DNA from: an uncultured Flavobacteriaceae bacterium
GTDB lineage: Bacteria; Bacteroidota; Bacteroidia; Flavobacteriales; Flavobacteriaceae
NCBI GenBank assembly: GCA_938009735.1
Contig: CALLIG010000107.1
Location: forward strand, 12,149 to 76,148
DNA: 64,000 nucleotides
Direction of reading: 5' to 3'
Position numbers and translations under genes: made by a program. Under the pieces are notes generated by a model. The model ran no database searches and had not been told where the DNA came from. It saw nothing but the letters and a program-made list of their open reading frames with translations. Shown here one piece after another: positions 1 through 11,030 of this stretch. The stretch's first letter is position 1. Each line of letters opens with the position of its first letter.

Positions 1-1
1 T

Positions 2-415
2 CGTCAAAATGTATTAGACAGTTTGAAAGGACTAGAAACCAATGCCGTTCAATTAAAAAACACGATATCTGGACACGAGTCAACTATTTCTTCATTAAAT
101 AAAAAATTAGAAGAAACCACAAATAATCTTACAGGAGTAACTGAAGAAAAAGATAGTATGTCTTTTCTAGGTATTTTAGTTTCAAAAGTTACCTACAATA
201 CCATTTTATGGTCGATCATTGCTGGTTTGTTAGGTCTGATGTTATTCTTCATGTATAAGTTTAGAAGAAGTAACATCTTGACTCAAGAAGCTAAAACGTC
301 ATTGTCAGAAGTTGAAGAAGAGTATGTAGATCATAGACGGAGAGCTTTAGAGCGAGAACAAAAAATTAGTAGGCAATTACAAGACGAAATAAATAAATAT
401 AAAAAATCAAAATAA
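2..415 (+). CDS. 5'-truncated coiled-coil protein with a single TM helix (conserved hypothetical upstream of trmD)
   Basis: Frame is open from base 2 (RQNVLDSLKG...). Heptad coiled-coil, TM segment ILWSIIAGLLGLMLFFM, C-terminal coiled-coil. Confidence 0.75.
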   Translation, partial: RQNVLDSLKGLETNAVQLKNTISGHESTISSLNKKLEETTNNLTGVTEEKDSMSFLGILVSKVTYNTILWSIIAGLLGLMLFFMYKFRRSNILTQEAKTSLSEVEEEYVDHRRRALEREQKISRQLQDEINKYKKSK

Positions 416-418
416 TTT

Positions 419-444
419 AAAAACTCCGAAAGGAGTTTTTTTTT
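419..444 (+). terminator. Intrinsic terminator
   Basis: AAAAACTCC-GAAA-GGAGTTTTT hairpin followed by a U tract. Confidence 0.85.
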
Positions 445-457
445 GACTTAGATACAA

Positions 458-898
458 ATGAAAATTATAAAAGCAGATAGTTCCCATATTCCTTTAATAG
501 CCCCACTACTAGATCAGTATCGTATTTTTTATAAACAAACTTCAAATATCAATGCTGCCAAAGAATTTCTTGAAAGCAGGTTTTCAAAAGGTGAATCGAT
601 TTTGTTTTTAGCTTTTGAAGACGATCAACCAATAGGCTTTACGCAACTTTACACAACTTTTTCTTCAGTTTCGCTGCAACCAGTATTTATATTGAATGAT
701 TTGTATGTTGACACTAATCACAGAGGTAAAAAAGTTGGAGAAGGATTATTGACTAAAGCAAAGAACTTCTGTCAAGAAAAAGGATATAAAGGCCTAGCGC
801 TTGAAACTGCGATTAATAATCCTGCGCAAAAGCTATATGAAAGATTAGGATGGGAAAAAGATACGGACTGTTTTCATTACTTTTGGACCTCCAAATGA
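458..898 (+). CDS. GNAT family N-acetyltransferase
   Basis: LNDLYV...HRGKKVG acetyl-CoA motif A; N..AQKLYERLGW motif B. Confidence 0.9.
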   Translation: MKIIKADSSHIPLIAPLLDQYRIFYKQTSNINAAKEFLESRFSKGESILFLAFEDDQPIGFTQLYTTFSSVSLQPVFILNDLYVDTNHRGKKVGEGLLTKAKNFCQEKGYKGLALETAINNPAQKLYERLGWEKDTDCFHYFWTSK

Positions 899-917
899 TC
901 TCTAAAATTAAGTTTTG

Positions 918-1598
918 ATGCGAATTGATATTATTACTGTTCTTCCTGAATTATTAAAGAGTCCGTTCGAGGCCTCTATTCTGAAAAGAGCCATCGAAAA
1001 AGGGTTAGTAGAAGTTCATTTTCATAATTTAAGAGACTATACGGACAAGAGTTATAATCAAGTTGATGATTATCAATTTGGCGGCGGTGCCGGCATGGTA
1101 CTCATGATAGAACCAATTGACAAGTGTATTTCTGCGTTGAAGACAGAACGAGATTATGACGATGTCATTTATATGACGCCGGATGGTGAAACGCTAAATC
1201 AGCAAATGGCGAATAGAATTTCGCTTCAAGGAAACTTGATTATTCTTTGTGGTCATTATAAAGGTGTAGATCAAAGAGTTCGTGATATGTTCATTACTAA
1301 AGAAATATCAGTTGGTGATTATGTACTTTCTGGTGGTGAATTAGGAGCAGCCATTTTATGTGATACGATTATTAGATTAATACCAGGCGTGTTAAATAAT
1401 GAGACATCTGCATTAACTGACACGTTTCAAGATAACATGTTAGCACCACCAATATATACCCGGCCCGCAGAATATAAAGGTCAGAAAGTACCAGAAATAT
1501 TACTAAGTGGTAATTTTCCAAAAATTGAAGAGTGGCGTGAAAATGAAGCACAAAAGCGTACAGAAAAACTAAGACCAGATCTTTTAAACAAGGAGTAA
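918..1598 (+). CDS. trmD: tRNA (guanine37-N1)-methyltransferase
   Basis: [38 protein letters not shown] motifs; ATG at 918. Confidence 0.97.
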   Translation: MRIDIITVLPELLKSPFEASILKRAIEKGLVEVHFHNLRDYTDKSYNQVDDYQFGGGAGMVLMIEPIDKCISALKTERDYDDVIYMTPDGETLNQQMANRISLQGNLIILCGHYKGVDQRVRDMFITKEISVGDYVLSGGELGAAILCDTIIRLIPGVLNNETSALTDTFQDNMLAPPIYTRPAEYKGQKVPEILLSGNFPKIEEWRENEAQKRTEKLRPDLLNKE

Positions 1599-1601
1599 TT
1601 C

Positions 1602-1922
1602 ATGGAGAGCTACGAAATATTCTACGGCATTAGTGGCGTTTTAGGTTTTATCGGACAGGCATTACTGTTAGTTTTTTCTATAGTATATGTAATAAAATCA
1701 AAATCCATTGATGGTATTTTGATGCTAGTTGGAAGTTTACTTTTAATTATCACAATGATTTCACGTCCAATTATATCTGCATTATTCATGATAGAAAGAA
1801 GCCCTAGTGACATGGTTTTTATACAAGGAATTTTAAGTATCATAAGTACATTCTTCGGAATTATTTTTGCGATTGGCTTTGCAATGGCCATGCTTAAGCT
1901 AAAGAATATTGAGAAACCATAA
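1602..1922 (+). CDS. Small three-TM membrane protein, unknown function
   Basis: Three hydrophobic segments; ATG lies 3 nt after the trmD stop. Confidence 0.7.
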   Translation: MESYEIFYGISGVLGFIGQALLLVFSIVYVIKSKSIDGILMLVGSLLLIITMISRPIISALFMIERSPSDMVFIQGILSIISTFFGIIFAIGFAMAMLKLKNIEKP

Positions 1923-1951
1923 CAAATCTTACTTAAATTATTTAGAAATTA

Positions 1952-1982
1952 CTTGTAAATTCAGGTATAAGGACTATTTTTG
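1952..1982 (+). promoter_or_regulatory. Bacteroidota primary-sigma promoter for rplS
   Basis: TTG (1953-1955), 19-nt spacer, TATTTTTG (1975-1982); matches TTG-N19-21-TAnnTTTG. Confidence 0.8.
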
Positions 1983-1986
1983 CACT

Positions 1987-2051
1987 CTGTTAAATTAACC
2001 TCTGACGAAAATCGTGAACGTTGATGTAAACATCATAGTAAATATTAAATC
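1987..2051 (+). promoter_or_regulatory. rplS 5' leader; candidate L19-Flavobacteria ribosomal protein leader
   Basis: ~65-nt 5'UTR with a GC-richer core AACCTCTGACGAAAATCGTGAACGTTGATG. An L19 leader family is described for Flavobacteria; the match was not computed. Confidence 0.5.
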
Positions 2052-2402
2052 ATGGAAGCATTAATCCAATTTGTAGAAAACGAGTTTGTAGCTAAAAAAG
2101 AATTTCCAAAATTCTCTGCTGGTGATACAATTACAGTATACTACGAAATTAAGGAAGGTGAAAAAACAAGAACACAGTTTTTTAAAGGAGTTGTGATTCA
2201 AAGAAGAGGCTCTGGAGCAACAGAAACTTTTACAATTAGAAAAATGTCTGGTACTATAGGCGTTGAACGTATATTCCCTGTGAATTTGCCAGCACTTCAA
2301 AAAGTTGAAGTAAACAAACAAGGTAAAGTGAGAAGATCTCGTATTTTCTACTTCAGAGAACTTACTGGTAAGAAAGCAAGAATTAAAGAGATACGTAAGT
2401 AA
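2052..2402 (+). CDS. rplS: 50S ribosomal protein L19
   Basis: GDTITVYYEIKEGEKTRTQFFKG, FTIRK, GVERIFP, GKVRRSRIFY. Confidence 0.98.
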   Translation: MEALIQFVENEFVAKKEFPKFSAGDTITVYYEIKEGEKTRTQFFKGVVIQRRGSGATETFTIRKMSGTIGVERIFPVNLPALQKVEVNKQGKVRRSRIFYFRELTGKKARIKEIRK

Positions 2403-2426
2403 GCGTATTATCTTAATCTTATACAA

Positions 2427-2465
2427 AAACCCATCTTTTGATTTATTTAGAAGATGGGTTTATTT
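2427..2465 (+). terminator. Intrinsic terminator after rplS
   Basis: AAACCCATCTT...AAGATGGGTTT hairpin plus U-rich tail. Confidence 0.8.
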
Positions 2466-2521
2466 ATGCACAATTGTTAATAACGGGTGTTCATATTGTG
2501 TTGATTACTAGTTGTTTAAAT
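2464..2521. other. Cluster of DnaA-box-like 9-mers (candidate replication origin)
   Basis: TTATGCACA (2464-2472) back-to-back with TGTTAATAA (2475-2483), then TGTTCATAT (2488), TGTTGATTA (2499), TGTTTAAAT (2513); lies in a ~770-bp intergenic region. Confidence 0.45.
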
Positions 2522-2932
2522 TTAATAGTCTCGAATAGTATTTTTTGTATATTAGAGTATGATTTAGAAATATATGTCTGGATGGATATATACGGAAGAT
2601 CAATGTAGAGTTTACGTTCTTTATATTATGGTTTAGTGCATTTAGAAATACAGTTGCAATTTAATTGCTTTTGAGATTTCGAGATAAACGATCATATACT
2701 TTATTAGCTGTCGCTTTTCTAGTGTATGTGGATGTTATAAGACTAAAATGATACCTCGGTGGGAATTTTAGAAAGATAGCATTAAGACTGTGAGAAGAAA
2801 AAAGAAAACAATTGCTTGGTTGAATGATTAAGAATTGTAATCTAATTTCAAACGTTGAAAAAGTGACGCAAATGCAATCAATGGTTGCGGTTTTGTTTTC
2901 GGACAAAACAACATGTTTGTAAACTTCTTCTA

Positions 2933-2972
2933 AAAACCCATATCAATGTACTTGTACAATGATATGGGTTTT
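2933..2972. terminator. Strong hairpin / bidirectional terminator with no annotated gene ending at it
   Basis: AAAACCCATATCA-A-TGTAC-TT-GTACA-A-TGATATGGGTTTT. Confidence 0.65.
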
Positions 2973-3134
2973 GTTATTTACAAGAATATTGATGAATAAA
3001 GAACTTACTTATTCTAAAGCTGAATGTTCTTGTTGATTTCTTGAAAATTATCCTTTCTAAACTTATGAAACAAAATTTGTAATTGCTGATCATATTTTGG
3101 CATTCTACAAATCTAAAAAACGCTCATAAAATTG

Positions 3135-3142
3135 TATCTTTG
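3135..3142 (+). promoter_or_regulatory. -7 promoter element for icd
   Basis: TATCTTTG ending 31 nt upstream of the ATG. Confidence 0.7.
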
Positions 3143-3164
3143 CAGCGCTTTAAACAAAAAATAA

Positions 3165-5390
<2,226 letters not shown>

Positions 5391-5410
5391 CTGCTTTGAA
5401 TAGATTAATC

Positions 5411-5448
5411 AAAAGACCTTTGCTCATTAGCAAGGGTCTTTTTGTTTT
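5411..5448 (+). terminator. Intrinsic terminator after icd
   Basis: AAAAGACCTTTGCT...AGCAAGGGTCTTTT hairpin. Confidence 0.8.
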
Positions 5449-5508
5449 AATAGAACATTAACGATTATATGAGCATTTATTTTTCTAATTTTATAAAAAA
5501 ACTGCTGA

Positions 5509-7905
5509 ATGAACTCACGTACCTTTCTGCTAACCTTCTTATTGCTAATTTTTTCACTTTTTTCTTTTGCCCAACAAAAATTTACCATAAGCGGGTCGAT
5601 TACTGAGGCGTCAAGTAATGAAACATTAATTGGTGTTACTATCGCCGTACCCGAACTTAGAACTGGTGTAACCACTAATGAATATGGATTTTATTCGCTA
5701 ACCCTGCCTGAAGGAGAATATCAAATTCAAGTCAGTTATTTAGGCTTTAAAACCATCAATCAAACTTTATCGCTTACAGCAGATCAGAAAATCAACTACC
5801 AATTGATTGAAGAAGCAGAACAATTACAAGAAGTAATTGTTACCGATGACGTCGAGAAATTAGACATACGTACACCTCAAATGAGTGTCAATGCAATGTC
5901 CATAGAAACCATTAAAAAAATACCTGTTATTCTTGGCGAAGCAGATGTAATTAAATCAATTTTACTTTTACCTGGCGTTACGAATGCTGGTGAAGGTGCT
6001 TCTGGATTTAATGTTCGTGGTGGCGCAGTAGATCAAAATCTGATTCTTCTTGATGAAGCGATAATTTTTAATTCCTCTCACCTATTCGGGTTTTTCTCGG
6101 TCTTTAATCCAGACGCAATAAAAGACATCAAATTATTTAAAGGAGGAATTCCTGCACGTTATGGTGGGCGTGTTTCTTCTGTTCTAGATATTTATCAAAA
6201 AGAAGGAAATAGTAAACAATTAAAAATAAATGGTGGTATTGGTCTTGTGGCTAGTCGACTACTTGTCGAAGGGCCAATTATAAAAGATAAAGCAGCTTTT
6301 TTAATTGGCGGACGCGGATCTTATGCTCATTTATTTTTACCCTTATTTAATCAAGATAATACAGCTTATTTCTATGATCTAAATACCAAGTTCAATTTTA
6401 ATATCAATGAAAACAATAACGTATATTTTTCAGGGTATTTCGGAAGAGATGTATTCGGAATTAATGAAAGCTTTGTAAACACCTACGGCAACTCAGTCGG
6501 CAACTTCAGGTGGAATCATCTATTCTCAGATAAACTATTCTCAAATTTATCATTGATCTATTCTGATTACTACTATGGATTAAAGCTTGATTTTGTTGGT
6601 TTTGATTGGAATTCAGGTATTCAAAATTTTAATGTGAAATATGATTTAAAACATTATCTAAATGACAAGCTTCAAATCAATTACGGATTAAATAACATTT
6701 ATTATAGTTTTAACCCAGGTAAGATTGCTCCTAGTAATGCTGATTCAGGTATTGTCGAAGATCAGCTTACAAAAAAGTACGCAAACGAGTTTGCTGCATA
6801 TATTGATGTAGAGCATGATATTACTGAAAATCTTAGCCTTGGTTATGGCGTCCGATTTAGTAATTTTATCCGATTGGGACAAGATGAGTTAAATGTTTAT
6901 GAGAATGATAATCCTATAAATTTTGATCCATCCTTATTGGTATATCAAGAAGCAAGTCCTGTAGAAACCATTAATACCAAAGGAGAAAATCTTGCAACCT
7001 TTAATAATTTCGAACCTAGAGTTTCACTTTCCTATTCATTTAACGAAAACAGTTCGATTAAAGCGAGTTACACACGGCTAGCGCAATACCTTCACTTAAT
7101 TTCGAATACAAGCTCCCCAACTCCCCTTGATGTTTGGACTCCGAGTGGTCCATTTACAAAACCACAATTACTAGATCAATATGCCTTCGGATTATTCAAA
7201 AATCTAAAGGATGGTGATTATTCAATAGAGACTGAAGTCTTTTACAAAGAAGTTCAAAATAGAATTGATTACATAGATGGTGCCAATTTAATTGCAAATG
7301 ATGCAATTGAAACAGTAATTCTTAACGGAGAAGCAAGGGCTTACGGATTAGAATTTTTACTACGAAAGAACACAGGTAAATTTCAGGGTTGGCTTGCCTA
7401 TACCCTTTCTAAATCAGAACAACGAACACCAGGTAGAGTTGCTAATACTACCAATGGGATATCAAATCTTGAAACCGGCATCAACTTTGGACAATGGTAC
7501 AATACACCCTATGACAAAACACATGATATTTCTCTTTTTGCAAGCTATGATGTCGATGACAAATGGAATTTCAACTCTAATTTTGTGTATCAAACCGGGC
7601 AACCTACTAATTATCCTGTAGGTCAATTTGAATTTCAAGGCTTAACAGTTCCTTATTATGGGTTACGAAATCAAGAAAGACTCCCTGCTTATCATCGCGT
7701 AGATATTTCAGCAACCATGACCCCTAGAAAAAATAAAGGGCGAAAGCTAAAAAGCGAATGGGTATTTAGCATTTATAATGTCTATTCAAGAAAGAATGCA
7801 GCTTCAATTAATTTTAGAAGGAATGTTGATTCCGGTGCAAATGAAGCCATTCGGACATCAATTTTTGGAATAGTACCAGCTGTTACTTATAATTTTAAAT
7901 TTTAA
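5509..7905 (+). CDS. TonB-dependent receptor with N-terminal CarboxypepD_reg-like domain
   Basis: Signal peptide; TTNEYGFYSLTL; plug motifs LLPGV..FNVRGG..QNLILLD and PARYGGRVSSV; C-terminal YNFKF. Confidence 0.92.
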   Translation: MNSRTFLLTFLLLIFSLFSFAQQKFTISGSITEASSNETLIGVTIAVPELRTGVTTNEYGFYSLTLPEGEYQIQVSYLGFKTINQTLSLTADQKINYQLIEEAEQLQEVIVTDDVEKLDIRTPQMSVNAMSIETIKKIPVILGEADVIKSILLLPGVTNAGEGASGFNVRGGAVDQNLILLDEAIIFNSSHLFGFFSVFNPDAIKDIKLFKGGIPARYGGRVSSVLDIYQKEGNSKQLKINGGIGLVASRLLVEGPIIKDKAAFLIGGRGSYAHLFLPLFNQDNTAYFYDLNTKFNFNINENNNVYFSGYFGRDVFGINESFVNTYGNSVGNFRWNHLFSDKLFSNLSLIYSDYYYGLKLDFVGFDWNSGIQNFNVKYDLKHYLNDKLQINYGLNNIYYSFNPGKIAPSNADSGIVEDQLTKKYANEFAAYIDVEHDITENLSLGYGVRFSNFIRLGQDELNVYENDNPINFDPSLLVYQEASPVETINTKGENLATFNNFEPRVSLSYSFNENSSIKASYTRLAQYLHLISNTSSPTPLDVWTPSGPFTKPQLLDQYAFGLFKNLKDGDYSIETEVFYKEVQNRIDYIDGANLIANDAIETVILNGEARAYGLEFLLRKNTGKFQGWLAYTLSKSEQRTPGRVANTTNGISNLETGINFGQWYNTPYDKTHDISLFASYDVDDKWNFNSNFVYQTGQPTNYPVGQFEFQGLTVPYYGLRNQERLPAYHRVDISATMTPRKNKGRKLKSEWVFSIYNVYSRKNAASINFRRNVDSGANEAIRTSIFGIVPAVTYNFKF

Positions 7906-7909
7906 TTCT

Positions 7910-8767
7910 ATGAAAAAGGTATTTTACATAATTTGTATAGGGCTGCTTTTTTTAGGATGTGAAGATGTCATAGAAGTTGATGTGCCACAATCCCCACCCA
8001 GGCTTTCTGTAGATGCTCTAGTAAGACTTAACACTAATTCTGCAACAACAACGGTACAAATTAAAGCTAACCTGACAAGCGCGTTCTTTGAAGATATAAC
8101 AGCAGCTGAATTGACAAGTATTTCAATTGTTAATCCTGATTACGTACCTACCTCCGCGTTAGATTCTCAAGAATTGGTGTTTTCCGGATTAGGTGCTGGT
8201 GTTTATGAAGCAACAAAAGAAACACAATTTTTCGCAGAAGGAGCCTTACAACTCAACATTGAGCACAACGGTCAACGATATTTAGCAAAAACTCAATACG
8301 TACAATCGGCACCGCTTTTAAATTTAGAGCAAGGTGATGGTACGCTGTTTACCGGCAACGAAACAGAAGTTGAAGTTTCATTTTTAGATAATAGTGATAG
8401 AACTGATTTTTATCTGGTTGACTTAGACTTTGGTGATTATTTAGTAACCGAAGACGAATTTTATAACGGCCAATCGTTTCGATTTTCGTATTTCTATGAT
8501 GACAAAGTAGAAGAAGGAAGTGAGATTAATGTTAGTTTACTAGGTGTTGATGAACCCTTTTATAATTATATGAATCAACTTATTGTTCAATCAGGTGGTG
8601 ATCAAGGGCCTTTTCAAACACCTTCAGCAACAGTAAAAGGGAACATTATAAATATCACCAATAGTGGTACTACAAGCGATACTATCAATACAGAAGATTC
8701 TGAAAATTTTGCCTTAGGATATTTTGCTGTTTGCCAGACTTTTACCGAAACTATTATAATAGAGTAG
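7910..8767 (+). CDS. DUF4249-like lipoprotein, partner of the TonB receptor
   Basis: Lipobox FLGC followed by EDVIEVD; C-terminal GNI...ALGYF; 4 nt downstream of the TBDR. Confidence 0.8.
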   Translation: MKKVFYIICIGLLFLGCEDVIEVDVPQSPPRLSVDALVRLNTNSATTTVQIKANLTSAFFEDITAAELTSISIVNPDYVPTSALDSQELVFSGLGAGVYEATKETQFFAEGALQLNIEHNGQRYLAKTQYVQSAPLLNLEQGDGTLFTGNETEVEVSFLDNSDRTDFYLVDLDFGDYLVTEDEFYNGQSFRFSYFYDDKVEEGSEINVSLLGVDEPFYNYMNQLIVQSGGDQGPFQTPSATVKGNIINITNSGTTSDTINTEDSENFALGYFAVCQTFTETIIIE

Positions 8768-9895
8768 TTATTTTACTTTAAAAAATTGTTCTACCGATTG
8801 CGCTATGAGCATTTCGGTGTTTCTCATGTTATAATCCAAATTCTTTTCAACATCTCTTATTTCAATAATATCCAGCTGATCAATATTTTCAAGCTCTTTT
8901 GGGTCTAAATCTAATTGTCCACAGAGCGCAAGAACGGGTACATTATGCTTTTTACCTAAATCTATAACGCCGTTTATTAGCTTACCATGCAAGGTTTGAG
9001 AATCAAATTTTCCTTCTCCTGTAATTATATAATTATATCTGTTTCTGATTAACAACTCACTTGCACCTGACATACTTAAAACAAAATCAATTCCTGAAAT
9101 AAACTCTGCCTCACAAAAAACCTTTAGTCCATATGCCGTTCCGCCAGCAGCGCCGGCGCCAGGGTTATCTACGTAATCTTTTCTGGTTTGCTGTTTAACT
9201 AAATTTGCGAAATCTTGCATTCCAAAATCTAGCTCTTCAATTTCCGCGTCACTTGACCCTTTTTGAGCTGCATAGGTATGTGCTGCTCCAGTAGATCCAA
9301 ACAAAGGGTTATCTACGTCGTTCAACGCATAAAAAGAAATACCTTTTAATGAAATACTATTACTGCTTTTATGTATCGATTTCACTTTTGAAAGATTGCT
9401 TCCTACGGGTTCAAGTTGATTACCATCGTTATCTAAGAAATAATACCCTAAAGCTTCAGCTATACCTATACCAGCGTCATTTGTTGCACTCCCTCCTAAT
9501 CCAATATAAATTGATAGACTTCCTTTTAAAATTGCGTCTTTAATGAGCAACCCGGTACCAAAAGTGGAGGTTTGCATTGCATTCTTTTCATCAGTTTTTA
9601 AAAGAGTTAATCCACAAGCTTTTGCAAGTTCAATATAAGCTGTTTGTTCTTTTGCATTAAATAGGTATTCGGCTTTTATTTCGCGCCCTAAAGGGTCAAC
9701 TGTTTCTACCGATATTTTTGTGCAAGTAATATTTGCGGAAATTGCATCTAAAAAACCATCACCACCATCAGAAGCTAATATAGAATGTGTTTCCGCTTCA
9801 GGCAATGCTAATTTGATTCCCTTTTCAATTGCACTAATGACTCCTTTAGCACTTAAAGAACCTTTGAACTTATCAGGGATTAGCAAAACTTTCAT
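8768..9895 (-). CDS. glxK: Glycerate kinase
   Basis: PDKFKGSLSA, SDGGDG, GLGGSATNDAG, GAGAAGG, TGEGKFDSQTLHGK; ATG at 9895. Confidence 0.9.
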   Translation of the reverse strand: MKVLLIPDKFKGSLSAKGVISAIEKGIKLALPEAETHSILASDGGDGFLDAISANITCTKISVETVDPLGREIKAEYLFNAKEQTAYIELAKACGLTLLKTDEKNAMQTSTFGTGLLIKDAILKGSLSIYIGLGGSATNDAGIGIAEALGYYFLDNDGNQLEPVGSNLSKVKSIHKSSNSISLKGISFYALNDVDNPLFGSTGAAHTYAAQKGSSDAEIEELDFGMQDFANLVKQQTRKDYVDNPGAGAAGGTAYGLKVFCEAEFISGIDFVLSMSGASELLIRNRYNYIITGEGKFDSQTLHGKLINGVIDLGKKHNVPVLALCGQLDLDPKELENIDQLDIIEIRDVEKNLDYNMRNTEMLIAQSVEQFFKVK

Positions 9896-9971
9896 GGACA
9901 CAATTTAACCAGTTATTAGTTTTAAATATACGGCTAAATACCTACTTTTAACATCACTTAAAGCAAGTAGC

Positions 9972-10208
9972 ATGCATACCGATAAGGATTTGTTAGTCAA
10001 AGGAATTAAATTCATCGCCTATACTACGGCTCTAATGTTCTCTGCACCAGTTGTGCTACATCAGGCGATTAAAAACGAAGAGCATGCATTTTTTTGGCCA
10101 GTAGCTATAGTCGGTTTCTTACTCGCAATAGCTGCTATTGTAATGGGGTTTTACAGTATAAAAATTATTATGGAGGCAATTTTCAATACTAATAAATCAC
10201 AAAAATAG
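9972..10208 (+). CDS. Small two-TM membrane protein (DUF6095-like)
   Basis: TDKDLLVKG N-terminus followed by two TM helices. Confidence 0.65.
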   Translation: MHTDKDLLVKGIKFIAYTTALMFSAPVVLHQAIKNEEHAFFWPVAIVGFLLAIAAIVMGFYSIKIIMEAIFNTNKSQK

Positions 10209-10235
10209 TTGCAATTTATCTGAAATTTTTAAAGT

Positions 10236-10925
10236 CTATTTTTCAACTTTCTTATCTACATTTCCCCATTTATTATTGAGAGTAGCATAGTCGTAGTCAA
10301 GAACTGACTTTTGTCGATCAAGGCGATCTGCAGTAAAAGCGCGTTGTAGAATATCTTCGATTAGATAATCTTCATGAACTCCTTCGGGATTAAATTCCTC
10401 CTTAAGACTGATCTTAAAAACCTTTGCCGTTGTACTGTACCAAAAGGCACGCCAACCACTACGAAGTTCTTTAACTAAGTCAAATGCAGTCGTGCCTGTT
10501 TGACGGTGAATTAGCTTTACTAATATTTGTCCCTCTGTACGTGTTAACTTTTTAAGTTCTTCAGAAAATTCATCTTCAATATATTTCTGAATTTTCTTGG
10601 TGTATTTTTTACGCTTCCCTTTTCTTTTAATTTTAACTATGCTATCGTTTAGTTCAACTAGACGCTCCGCAGCTAATTTAGCATATGGGTACACCTTAAT
10701 TGTTTTACGTCTTAAAATATAGTATTTGAGTTTTGTTTTATAATCAGGAAATTTCAATTTACCAAAAAGGTATATCTCGTCAAGGTCGATTGCACTTCGC
10801 ACAATAGAATCACCTTCAACTATAATCAAATTCTCAGAAATAGAATCTAAAGGCTGTTCTTCAACCTGTGACCATCCTAAAAATGTAACCAATAAGCATA
10901 TGCTAACAAGGAATTCTTTTCTCAT
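10236..10925 (-). CDS. DUF4294-like exported protein
   Basis: Signal peptide; KVYPYAK, LKKLTRTEGQILVKLIHRQTG. Confidence 0.75.
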   Translation of the reverse strand: MRKEFLVSICLLVTFLGWSQVEEQPLDSISENLIIVEGDSIVRSAIDLDEIYLFGKLKFPDYKTKLKYYILRRKTIKVYPYAKLAAERLVELNDSIVKIKRKGKRKKYTKKIQKYIEDEFSEELKKLTRTEGQILVKLIHRQTGTTAFDLVKELRSGWRAFWYSTTAKVFKISLKEEFNPEGVHEDYLIEDILQRAFTADRLDRQKSVLDYDYATLNNKWGNVDKKVEK

Positions 10926-11030
10926 ATATTATAATAAAGGCAAAAGCCTTGCCAAAATTAACGATAAATACAAAAGCTTATTATTAATTAATTGTGAATA
11001 TTACTAACTTAGTCTACTAAACAAACATAA

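Noticed and set aside
2661-2906. 81-aa minus-strand ORF in the rplS-icd gap
   Set aside because: Non-ATG start, no recognisable motif, atypical composition; likely a chance ORF.
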